Shown: positions 12,390-24,112, counted from the stretch's first letter. The stretch is DNA of 64,000 bases from Haliotis cracherodii (GCF_022045235.1 NW_027266275.1:37076001-37140000); one strand, 5' to 3'. The notes: generated from the letters alone by a model not told the origin. A program made the numbers and translations.

Positions 12390-15300
12390 GTAAACTCCCA
12401 GACATTCAACTGTTAACAGAAAGTAAGGATTTTTCATTCATGAGAGCGGAAGGTTAATCTCTGAATATTTCGGGAGAATCACCCTAAAATTATATAAGCT
12501 TGTTTTGAAAATTATTATTTAAACAATTCACGACCAAGAAATCTGCTTTTTCTTCAATATTATATATATCTAAGTCCTAGATGACGTCATGATGTGAAGA
12601 ACGTCCATTTGATTAATGATGATACAACTATAATACAATGTCATCTTTTACAGGAATCATATAAACTGATAGGTTTCTTAACATAATGTTTAATTAATAT
12701 TTGATTAAATCAAAGTTTCCGATCATTACAATTAAATTTTGTTTAGAAACAGACCATGATAGTAGCTATGAACAAATATATTTCAAATATATCTTAATGT
12801 AGACGGCGAACTCAGGAACGTGCATGTCGAGCCGATGTCTCTTTTATCTTACAGTTCCAAATTAATTACAATTGATGGACATAAGGGAGTGAGGGAGAGT
12901 GACACCGACAAAACGTGAGAGCACCCCAGAGGCTATAAAACTAACGCCCAACAGAAAAACCCAATCCGGGAACAATTTCACCTCGCTGATTTGAATACCC
13001 CACACGTGACTAAACCGAGATATGGCGATTTAGTCCCCTGCTCAAACACTCCGCAGTGAATTCACGCAGGCAGATCAACAGGCCATTGTTGAATTAGAGA
13101 CACCAGAAACTCGAAGGATGACCAACTTTTTTCCGTCTACCAGATCGCATGGCAGGAAAAGCGTCGGCCACGTGCCATAAAGAGCGCCACGCGCTTGGTC
13201 GGCTGCCCTTGCTGTAATGATAGTGCGCCACGCTCCCTAAACTGAGAGAGTCGGGAAAGTTTGTAAACTAATTTCTCTTGCCAATATGATCCCCGTGCTT
13301 CAAAGACCATGCATGATGTTAAGGACATGGAATTTAGTATCTCACGCCCTTTGTAGAAAGTAATAAATATAGAGGACCGTTGGTTCGGTGTTGGGAGATT
13401 GTCTGGTGTGTGTTAAAGGTAGTTGACAAGCGAGATGCACGTGCAGCATGTGTGTTGACGGCATGACGGCAGGCACGTGCTTTTGACATACATTTCATAC
13501 CTCCTGGCTACCAGTCGTACTATTTTATTGATAAGTGTCCCGATATCAATTTATATGGAAATGTGTGTTATTGTATGTGTTTTTTTCCCTTTTTCTAACT
13601 TAATTAGCGTCGGGTTGTCACCGTTGTTCGTAATCGATCGGTAGTTGTGCCCGACGATTCTTGTCAGTTATGGCCTATCATACACACATATGTCATGGTG
13701 AAATTGACACAACCCTTTGTCAATCAGCATTAATTTTCAAACCTTCACCAGGAAACATTTCACATAAAAATAATTTGAATTATAACGAAAAATGATTTGA
13801 TTTAACGTCAATTTGATTCATACCTCTGAGGTAGTTTATCACCGTCATCATTAGCCATTTTGAAGCATCAATGACATATCTCGTTCTCAACCTAGCAGAA
13901 AATCTGCAATAACAAACCCATCATAAATAACGCACTATTAGCACAATAATGAGCGAGGGTTCTATTGAGATGCTCTAAGTGAGTTCGGAATGTTCCGATC
14001 GCAGTCTTTGATCCTTCAGCAAGAGTTGCACGCCCTTCTGACTCGAAGACCCTCACTAGACGGATGACCACACCAGAACAATGGCAACTGTCCACTGGCC
14101 AGTGGCCTTGCTGGGATGATCGGACACTTGGACAGTGGTCAGTGGAAGCGACAATAGCAGGGAGACATGTAATTAGGAAAGTATCGGATTCACCTGTGAC
14201 GATGGACAGTGACTGGTGGGGGTCGCGTCTGTGCCTGCAGTCCAAACTTGTACACATCCACTGGGATCAAAGACCCTCGCTGGGGTGGAGGGGACAGGGA
14301 CCACTATCAATAACACGCGTATAATAAAAAGAAAATATGCACATGTCAAACATAAACAAATTATTCTGGACATCAAATTTGACCGATGTGAAGTTGTAAG
14401 GATAGTCGCGATTTATTGACAATGACTTGTTTCGATTTGGCTCAAACGTTAGGCTCGTTCGTGCAAGGTCGTATCTGTTTCAAAATGAATATTTCATGTG
14501 TCAATAGCACTTAAAGTGAATTGTATTTTATCTGTCGATTGATACAGTGAAAACCTCTTCATATCCACTTAAGGTACGCGGAAACATGAACACTGATTTT
14601 TAAAAAAATATTCACAGTTTAAACATTATTTAGAAATGTAGTTACCAAGTGCTTTATATAATGATATGCAAACTGATCAGAAAGTTAATCGTGAGACATA
14701 TTCGACGAGCACTAGTAACACAAAACAGCGGCTTTGCCCATTAGGTAAAACTTAGTTTAAGCCATAGAAAAAAGAAACTTGTCAATATCGAACTGTCATG
14801 GTATAAAACGGCCAGGCAATAGAAAGTATATATCCATGTTTGATGGAGGCGAAAAATGAAACAAGCAAGGAATGGTTATTCGATGGTGATACGGGTATAT
14901 ATAGTTGTGTTTTTGACCTTACGTTTGCAGTTGTTGGCAACGGTTTTCAACGCAGTAACGTTTTGATAACGTTTGTAATTTGTTGGTCAAATCCAATTTT
15001 CAAGTGTATACTCTATTTTACCCGGTGTTACATGTCTGATCATTAAGGGTAAAAAATACACTTTCACGTTAACACGTATGAGTAATGCGTTAACATTTTA
15101 TTTCAGTTTCGTCACATTTGTACACGTAACACTCCAAGTCAACAATGATGACCCATTCAGAATAGTCAAGTTGAGCGATATCGCAAGCCTCACGCCTACC
15201 CGGGGTAGAAGAAAAGTCATCGCGATTCACCAAGGGAATCCAAGGGACACCAATCGAATCTTCTTTATGGAGGCTAAATTTACATGAAGAAGGGTGTAAA

Positions 15301-15842
15301 TTTTGTTCAGGGTGTTAAAAATAGTTGCGTCCACGCGGGGAGCCCACGGCATCAAAGTGGCCGCTGGTTGTACGTGCCGCGGACACACCTGGACAGAGGT
15401 GACCACTTTATGGGGTGAGCGTTACGACCGTATTAACTCGAACACGCATTGTGTTTGGTTTATAACACTTGCTTCAACCTATGGTGGTCCAAGAATTTGA
15501 TAGAAAATTATTAATCAACACCTTACGCCATTAAAACCCTTTTTATTTCGGAGGATTACTGGCCAAGTTAGTGCGTTACGCCCCGTCGCTCTCTGCAGGA
15601 AGGATTGGCGGTTTGTTGTGAGATAGTTGATACTTTGTGCTATGTTTGTTGGCCTTTTCATGGCTTGCTGTACACAGGCATCGCCTTCAGTGTGAAAATG
15701 AATATATATAGCACACGTATTTCTAAACGCGTGAAAAATAGATTATGTTCTTAGTTATTTAATTAACGTTCAGGGGGGAATTATAAAACATGAATCAACA
15801 ATGAATATTTTGTTGCGATATGATACCTAAAAGGGAGTGGTA

Positions 15843-15872
15843 ATCATCATCATCATCATTATCATCATCATT

Positions 15873-15923
<51 letters not shown>

Positions 15924-16122
15924 GTCATCGTCAGTGTTGTTGTTCCTACTACGACGACGACTATTGCCACTACTACTACAACTATTACTACTACTACTAG
16001 TGCTGCTGCCGCTACTGCTACTACTACTGCTGCAGCTGCTGCTGCTACTACTACATGTACTATTACTACTTGTGCTGCTGCTGTTGCTGCTATTGTCACT
16101 ACATCTACTGCTGCTGCTGCTT
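15843..16122. repeat. Compound trinucleotide microsatellite (ATC)n-(GTC/GTT)-(ACT)n-(GCT)n
   Basis: Directly visible triplet runs. Confidence 0.95.
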
Positions 16123-16369
16123 CTTGTAGTAGAATATCAATGCTCTGATTTTTCTGGCCAGAGTTGTTGGGAGCTTGTTAAAATGTACCGTTCTCGCGAA
16201 GTATTGGTCATTCTGCCATTTGTAAAACCTAACATAAAATATCTATAATTGACCTATATAAGATCGTGTTATGAGAATAAATAGGTCTTGAGTTATTAAC
16301 TACAAAACATGGACGGGCATCTGTAAACGATGTTCGTGATAATTGTAGCTTGCTTCAAATATGCACATC

Positions 16370-16473
16370 TGAGACCTGACTCAATTAGGGCTTTCCTCCC
16401 ACATTAAACTGACACGCCGCAATATAACTGGAATACTGTTAAAAGCGACGTTAAACCCAACTCACTCACTCAC
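16370..16473 (+). mobile_element. 5'-truncated SINE family A with perfect 15-bp TSD
   Basis: TCAAATATGCACATC at 16355-16369 and 16474-16488 flanks the family A 3' end with (ACTC)n tail. Confidence 0.85.
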
Positions 16474-16843
16474 TCAAATATGCACATCAACTCGTGATTC
16501 TGACTTAAGCAAAAGTTAAGTTAAAAATTCGAAAAATTCGTACATGCTCCTTGACATGACCTTAATGAGATGATGTATATATAAATTTGTGACCTGCTAC
16601 CTCTGACATACGTGTCGCGTAATAGTCATGTAACGTTATTGCAAAGCGGGGCCTTCAGTTGCAACACAGTTAAACATACATATACTTGTTTTTTTTATTG
16701 ATGAACATGCATCACGTGAGACGATATTCAAAGTATTATGTTTCTATGCGAGCATATACGCAGCATTAATATTCAGGGGTTTATAATCGTATATCTAATG
16801 CATACTTTATAGGATCATATATGAAGCTGACGATCATGACAGT

Positions 16844-17048
16844 GTTTGTTTGTTTGTTTAACGCCGCTGTCAGCAATATTCCATCTATATGACGTCAGCC
16901 TATAAATAATCGAATTTAGACTAGACAATACGGTCGGGGTACGATGACACATAATCAAGGAAATCCCCGAGCCTGACTACCCGATCCATTTGGTCGCCCC
17001 TTTCGACAAACGTACTTTTTGGGGACCAGTTCTAACCCGAAATCCCCG
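16844..17048 (-). mobile_element. SINE family B, older diverged subfamily with a single hairpin module
   Basis: Minus strand GGGGATTTCGGGTTAGAACTGGTCCCCA...TTTGTCGAAAGGGGCGACC...GCGGCGTTAAAC(AAAC)n. Confidence 0.75.
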
Positions 17049-17399
17049 CTGACGTGATTGTGATTGACATTGTACATAGCGTTGTACATATCACTGCCAT
17101 TGCCTTTCTAACCTTTAACACGAAGATAATATTGTTTTTGAAGTCTTGAAAATATATAGTGGATATACACGAATCTGCATACTCGTACAACAGAATAATG
17201 TTCGAATGATTTCAATTATTGACGACATGCATTATAATATGAGCCCCTGGATCCCTAATGAGATTTTGGAATGAAATCGTAACCCCCAAGTGTCGTTTTA
17301 TTTCTTCAAAGCGACACCTTACTAAGAAACCTGCATTTCAAGTGGTTTCTCTGGTGGCTTCGACAAACCTCCCAATCTCTCAGTAGCGCGCCCTACCTG

Positions 17400-17695
17400 G
17401 ACCCAGCACGCGACTGCTGCTCGTTGATTGGCTAGTTGACTTGACCAATCAGGTGTATCGCGGCACGCGAGGCTCGGGTCCTCGTGACAGGGCGGATGGC
17501 CCCTAAATCATGTCGGAAGCGGTCCTATTGTATGTGTGTCATTGTTGTGATTCAGTTTGTGATTCCGCTACTGCCGGTCGCGTGTTGACCCCGCCCCGCA
17601 CGCGAGCCACGATTAGCCAATCACAGCACAGATACGTAAATAATCAGTTCAGGATGAAATCTCCAAACACCATCTCTCTGCACGCGGCACGTACC
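17400..17695. promoter_or_regulatory. CpG-rich proximal regulatory block of the neurogenin gene
   Basis: CCAAT boxes (~17427 reverse, ~17445, ~17617), GC boxes (~17490, ~17590), five CACGCG class C sites, Sox-like ATTGT motifs. Confidence 0.6.
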
Positions 17696-18044
17696 ACAAA
17701 TAAAACAAATTACAATACTTAACATTTGTTTTCGTTTTTTTTAGAAATCCATATAAAATTTTAAAACTAAATCGTTAAACGAAAATTAATGTTCAAACAT
17801 GTGAAATTAACCATATAAACGGACTGAATTACGAAGCATTTCAAAATATCAAAGCTGGATCTACGTTTTCAAAAAGGTTATTTTTTTTAAAAGGAATGAA
17901 GGATATGTTAACATTTAATTTAATACAATTTAGTTCAATGTAGGCAAATATTTCATACATTTTGAAAACCGAAGTCCAGGTTACGCGCGACGGCCCACCC
18001 ATTAACGAGAGCCTCGGCCTTCGTCCCACCCCAGCCCGCCGCTG

Positions 18045-18157
18045 TGTCACGTGACAACTGTCAAAGTGTCCGGTGTATTGTGTCTCGCGCCAGACGACAA
18101 TAGCCACCCCGGGGAGACGAGTATAAATAGGGCAGGGTTCAAACCTAGGCTCACACT
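18045..18157 (+). promoter_or_regulatory. Core promoter: palindromic E-box, TATA box, Inr-like site
   Basis: TGTCACGTGACA 18045-18056; TATAAATA 18122-18129; TCACACT at 18151 about 30 bp downstream of TATA; ATG 127 nt after the putative start. Confidence 0.7.
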
Positions 18158-18279
18158 CTCGCTGAGACCCACATAGCAAAGTTCACTCGCTCCCTCAGTG
18201 AATCGTACACGGATATCCAGTCCAGCTTTTGGTCTGCTACGTTTTTTATTTGACTATTTTTTGTTGTGTCACTTCGAAG

Positions 18280-19047
18280 ATGCTGCAAAACGACGCAGAA
18301 GTCAGCAAAGACATCGACATGGTCATGTCTGACAACACCGACGTGAGTTCTGAGGACAGAAAATCTGAATGTCAGTCACCGGAAAAGAAGAAACGCACGA
18401 GAAAGTCACGAGCAAAGTCACGTGATCCACTGCGCCAGAAACAGGTGGCAGTTACCAGACGTGGACGCGCAAACGATAGGGAAAGGAACAGGATGCACAG
18501 TCTCAACGATGCCCTTGACGTCCTCCGTACAACGTTGCCAACGTCGTCCGACGGCAAGCTCACCAAGATCGAGACCCTGAGAACAGCATATAACTATATT
18601 TGGGCCTTGTCTCAAACGCTGAAGATCATTGACAGTGACGACAAGGTTCCTTCCACAAAACCCGAGATGGACACACCACCGTGCGCCTTCACCCCCAGCA
18701 ACCCTGTCTCACCCTCCAACGACTTCTACATGTCCCCCCATCCCGAGTCCCCCAGCAGCGACATCTCAAGCCACTACAGTCAGCACGACTCCACCTTCGT
18801 CGACAGCGACTACAGCCAACACGACTCCACCTTCGTCGACACGATGACTCATGGGTCTTTCTCCTACACGGACAATTCCGAAGCCTACGCTTATCATGAC
18901 AATCAGGAGAAGAACTTTTACTACCAGAGTCCGAACAAGCCCCAGCAGTATTCCCACACCACCCCATACGAATACCCCAACGGACAGTGTCTCTACCCCT
19001 TCCCGCACCCCCAGGGAATGGGCAGCCTGACGTCTCTAGTGCTATAG
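18280..19047 (+). CDS. ngn: Neurogenin-family proneural bHLH transcription factor, single exon, 255 aa
   Basis: b[58 protein letters not shown] (18457-18621) has neurogenin signatures [10 protein letters not shown] and NYIWAL; S/P-rich C-terminus; first ATG at 18280; GC3-rich codons; TATA upstream and AATAAA downstream. Confidence 0.93.
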   Translation: MLQNDAEVSKDIDMVMSDNTDVSSEDRKSECQSPEKKKRTRKSRAKSRDPLRQKQVAVTRRGRANDRERNRMHSLNDALDVLRTTLPTSSDGKLTKIETLRTAYNYIWALSQTLKIIDSDDKVPSTKPEMDTPPCAFTPSNPVSPSNDFYMSPHPESPSSDISSHYSQHDSTFVDSDYSQHDSTFVDTMTHGSFSYTDNSEAYAYHDNQEKNFYYQSPNKPQQYSHTTPYEYPNGQCLYPFPHPQGMGSLTSLVL

Positions 19048-19373
19048 AAGGTATTCGGGAAGCTGACTGTCTGTGATATAACCTCGTAACGTTGTGATGG
19101 CGTTTCGAAAGAACTTTCTTCCAAGACGTATTTTGTGAATGGTTTCACTAAAGACTTTGATCTCAGGATTTCACCGATGTGCAATTACCAGATGGACGTA
19201 TTTCAGTCAGTATATTTTGTATTGTGCCTTCGCTCCGATGGTTACCTCACCACCAGGTACCGTTGAACGCTTGTATATGTTCATGTTTATCATATTTGTT
19301 GCTATTATGAATATGCTCAATTTGAGTAATGTTGATACCCTATGACTGTTTGTCTTTTTGGCAACATGATTAC

Positions 19374-19379
19374 AATAAA
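19374..19379 (+). terminator. Polyadenylation signal of the neurogenin gene
   Basis: First AATAAA after the stop, followed by T-rich sequence at ~19403-19420. Confidence 0.65.
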
Positions 19380-19799
19380 ATTTGTTGATCATAACTTCAT
19401 CCTTATGTTTTTATTACTTCATATTATTCTACGTATGTTGCAAGATTATTTCGAGTCGAGAAACGAATGCTAAATGTATGTTTACATTTGAACTGCGGAA
19501 AAAACGTCGCTTAGAAATACTGAGTTTTGACTACATGATTTTTATCACCTGGTTTCTTTAAAAACATAACAACAGACGCTTGAAACTAACGGTTTTTCAG
19601 AGCAGTGCAGTTTTGTTTATTTACATCCACATAACACGATCGCATATTGAGTGAATGTTGTTTAAGGCTACATTCCCATGTAGGGTGTGGCCGCTTACAT
19701 TAAGATTCACATACCAAAGTGAAGTATCCTCTCTGAGTATTTATCATTGCGTTACGCCACCTGATTCATCAAACACGCTGATACAGACACGGGGACAGG

Positions 19800-19803
19800 G
19801 TGT

Positions 19804-19834
<31 letters not shown>

Positions 19835-19843
19835 GGGGGGGGG
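19800..19843. repeat. (TG)n followed by poly-G run
   Basis: Directly visible. Confidence 0.9.
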
Positions 19844-19887
19844 TGAAACGGGGTTTAACGTCGATGTGTTCTTCTTTATATCGTGCC

Positions 19888-20035
19888 ACTGGGGTAGCTT
19901 AGTGGTGAAGGCGTTAGCTCGACTCGTCAAGCTGAGACCAGGTTCGGTTTCCTACAGGTGTACAGTGTTTGTAGCCTTTGTGGTGTAATAATACTGCTAC
20001 CATATGGCTAAAATTGGCGTAAAACAACTTCACAC
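19888..20035 (+). mobile_element. SINE family C, decayed
   Basis: GGGGTAGCTTAGTGG...CTCGTCA...GGTTCG...TGGCGTAAAAC. Confidence 0.6.
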
Positions 20036-22685
20036 ACTTAAGCTCACACACTTTTAAGTATCGTATTGTCATCAAATGTGTTCTCTATTTGCCGTCACAC
20101 ATCTTTGATTCAAAACTCTTATTTCCTTCGTCGTTTAAGACATTTCAAATTGACTCTACCATCATGTCAACGTTTCAGAAAACGTTTATTTTAAGTATTT
20201 TGACTTTTAACTTCAATAGTGTCACAGTACACACACAGCTGATATATAGGAACAGACAATACGCAGGGTAATTGTTAAGCCAATTTAGTTTAAGATTATG
20301 AGGGAAATAACAGTTTTGAATTACGAACTTTTTCAAAAATCTTATAACAAAAGATTCTCATGAAACTAGCGCATTTCGCCTGTTTATAGTATTTCCCATG
20401 TCAGCAGCTCCGCCACAAGGCTAGGGATGATTCTCCAGCTCAGTGAGATGATAGTCGTGGGCGTACATACGGGAGACCACTATTCTAGTTCGAACGGCGA
20501 GGACAAGAGGTTAAAACATTTTCGCCACATTAAACACCGGGATATGTTCCCCGCATTGACATACATAAACCCATTCTCGATGTCCCCGACGTGCTATATT
20601 GCCGAAATATCCCTAAAAGCGGCGCATACCACACTTAAGGACAGCAAAAGATATTCACGCAAAAATAACTACTTTTTTATTTTACATTAATACATAGTTA
20701 GTCTATATATTTGCTGTTCACCTTTAAGATCTTGTGGTGTTTTCCTTCTCATGACTTTGCGTGTCACGTATCATCATTGGAATTGTAATCTTTAGTCAAG
20801 AATTTACTTTACCGGTTACGCCACTTTGTTTAAGGAACATATTTTCGAAATACTTATCGAAAAACAAAATCACATTTACGCATACACTCGAACTAAACAA
20901 ATAGTTATAAGCTGTTTCCAAGAAGACCATATATGTTACGATAGTTTTTCTGTGATCACATATCTGCAATAGGTGTGGTGACTGTTTCTTTTTAATTCGT
21001 GTAATATGATCGCGAAGTTTAAACACAAATTTTAAACGTCTTTATTATATCCAGGGAGAGGTTATTTTATAGTTCAACGTTATTGCTACTTCCATGGGCT
21101 ACAATAAGCCAACATAAACTAACCATATATGGGTTGAGTTATAAAAAGTAGGAATCACATTTTGTTTTCAAAAGTTCCAATTAATTATTTCAAAAAGTAT
21201 ATCTTTACATCGATCTATATCAACAACACGATCAAATGCTTGTTTATGGATACAAAGGAGACCAATTCGATAATTGTTTGACGCAAGGGCAATATCATTA
21301 ATCTCACGTTGTTGTTTTTTGTTTGGATTAATAAAGTATTAATAATACGATTTCATGATTTTTTACCTCAAAAAGAGCAACCTGGTGTTACCAGAATGCA
21401 ACGTACATTACACCTGAAACACAGAATGAAGCCGGCGCGTGCCTCTTGAACAGAGGCCACGCGCAGGGTCAGAGGTTACTTGGTCTAAATACGGAAAGTG
21501 CTGCAACTCGGCTTAACCCACTATTCTCCGTGCTCAGTCGGCCATAATCGGCCCACCCTCTACTTCCAACAAGCTCTCGAAAACTCACAGATCATTTGGG
21601 ATGGGCAGGCATCCATGAGACTTGAGAAGTACGTTCTTAAACCGATAAAATAGTATAGATAATTGATAAAGGTGTTTGAAAAGTGCATGAGTTTATTTTA
21701 TGACTGGTCGTCGCTCGCGTCAACGCATCGCCCGAGTGTGAGGGGGTAGATTGAGCTCCAACAACGACACAGTGGCGTCCGATTATTAACGCCTGTCTAT
21801 TGAAAGGGACAATGGGCCGACTCCTAGGTATCCTGTATGATATCATTATGGTGTGGCAAGTACAGGTGAGGTGTATTAGATGAAGATAGGGCTCTATTCA
21901 GCCGGATGATGGACTTAGGCTGATAGTGACTTGTACAGAAATTAATGTTCCGAAAAGCATTTCCTCTAACACCAAAAACCACTCGTTCAGACCCGCTGCA
22001 TAATGGCAGGTCTACAGACATACACACACTCTCAAATAGAAACCGAGCGAGGGAGTGAATGAGTAATAATTTGAAGTCACTTATTTCAGTCCTATTGTGT
22101 CTAGAAGGTATCTATTTACATTGTTTAAAAAACCAATTAAAACAAACTACGAACACTACACTATCTAGTAGCATATCATATGTCTAGGTGCGGCGTTAAA
22201 CAACAAACAAACAAAAGTGGCATATCACAAGTTTTTATTAAAGTAGAACAGAAAATGGTCTTACAATTGCCATCCTCGAGTATCAGGTGTCTTACAGATG
22301 AGGACGAGGAAGGGGGATAGTTTCTCCACTCTGTATTATATCTCCAATCGATTATGAAAAATACCCTGGACCTATTTGCTACCAATGTATCGTTTCGGAA
22401 GTGATGACACCATCTCCATGTATTATATCAATCACTAACTAAGCACAGAATTTCTCTCGCTTATTAGTGTAATATGATTGGACGGCTATATTTAGCGTCG
22501 TCTCATTCAAATCGGACTACAAACCATGATATGATGGCGAATGGGTCCAGGGTATTCAGCATCAAATGATGAGGATAGTTCCCATGGGCAAATTGACGAT
22601 TTTACACAAGCATGTACTTCCCGAAATAAAGTTAAGTATGAGGTTATGAAAACAATTCTGGAAGGGAATTCCCCTGTACTTAGGA

Positions 22686-22961
22686 GGGGGCCCGGGTGGC
22701 CCAGTCGTCTAAGGCGCCATGATTCGCTTTGCAGAATCGTGCCCCTTGGGCACACCAGAAACCTATGATTGTGGGTTCGAAACCGGTTCGCCCAGATTAT
22801 GTTTCTAGGTTTGTCAGCACCATACCTGTGCTCGTGGGTTTCACCGAAGTGGTTAACGCCCGAGACCTGCATCACTTCGGGCTTTCCTCCCACATTAAGT
22901 TGACACGCTTAACTGGAATACTGTTAAAAGTGGCGTTAAACCCAACTCTCTCACTCGCACA
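22686..22961 (+). mobile_element. Full-length SINE family A with 15-bp TSD
   Basis: CCCCTGTACT(T/A)AGGA at 22671-22685 and 22962-22976; A/B boxes; CTGGAATACTGTTAAAAGTGGCGTTAAACCC tail. Confidence 0.9.
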
Positions 22962-23351
22962 CCCCTGTACTAAGGAACCATCAAGTCTCTTAATTTTCAG
23001 GAGCTGGTCTGACAATGGGATGCGTATAGGTTGTTACAGATCAGAAGGCGGTGGGGGTTGATGCTCTGGGAACTGATTCAGTAAGAGAGACTATTCAAAG
23101 ATGCCAAGGGCCACCAGATTCTTTCATCTTTCCACATATATGTTTAATCTGCTATGCCGGGACAGATTAACTATTGTCATCCGGAAGAATCGGATGATCC
23201 TGAACTTCTTTTGAGAAGAATATAAATGGTGTTTCATGGAGCACAGAATTGACTTTGATTATTTTCGTCACCCAGCCATAGGTGCACAAACATCCACCTG
23301 AACTGCGTGTATCGTTGGCTGCACAGGAAGGTGTTATGTGCTGGCAGTATG

Positions 23352-23419
23352 CAGCAGGTGCAATATGTCAGCAGGTGCAATATGTCAGCAGGTGCAATAT
23401 GTCAGAAGGTGCAATATAC
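23352..23419. repeat. 17-bp minisatellite CAGCAGGTGCAATATGT x4, with decayed related repeats to ~23760
   Basis: Units start at 23352, 23369, 23386, 23403. Confidence 0.9.
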
Positions 23420-24112
23420 AAGCATCTCCCAATCTACTATCTAATAGGTTGCTCCAACCATCAGTATTCACTATGCAATCAGTGATTCAATAGGCCATAG
23501 GTTCAATATACAATCGATATACAAAACGTTCAATATGCAATCAGTGATTCAATATGATATAGATTCAATATGCAATCGACACACGAAAGGTTCAATATGC
23601 AATAAGTCAAATATGAATTAATATTGAATAGATTCAAAATGTCAGAAGGAGCAACATAAAGTTGGAATTTTATTGTCAAATACCCAGTGTCAATACCCAG
23701 TGTGTTCATTGTTCTAGAAACAAGGTGCAATAATTATGTCAAACGGTGCAATATACGTTCAAAATTCAGTTTATGCAATACGCCAAAATATGGAATACAT
23801 AAAGATAGTCAACACCCAATAATCAAACTATATAGTCAAAGTTATATGCCATTGTTACATTTTTTGCACAGCTTTGTGTTCAATTACTTTTTTATGAAAT
23901 CCTGCAATGGCATTGTATTTGTAAACATTTAGCAAAATAGACGCTCAATCTATTCAGAAACAGTGCGATGTATTAACCACAGTCTTAAACAAAAATTGTA
24001 TTATTATGCTATGTAATATTAATGATATTGATGTTCCTAATTGCAATGTGACATAGTATATGAATAGAACAACCTGACATGTTGGTAATCAAGTCTCTTC
24101 TATTATCATGGA

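Noticed and set aside
15827-16248. Poly-I, poly-M, poly-L ORFs
   Set aside because: Artefacts of the trinucleotide microsatellite.
18229-18279. 17-aa N-terminal extension from TTG
   Set aside because: Non-ATG start in T-rich 5' UTR; first ATG at 18280 fits the promoter position.
18372-19008. Alternative-frame and antisense ORFs overlapping neurogenin
   Set aside because: Expected shadows of a GC3-rich CDS; no recognisable domains.
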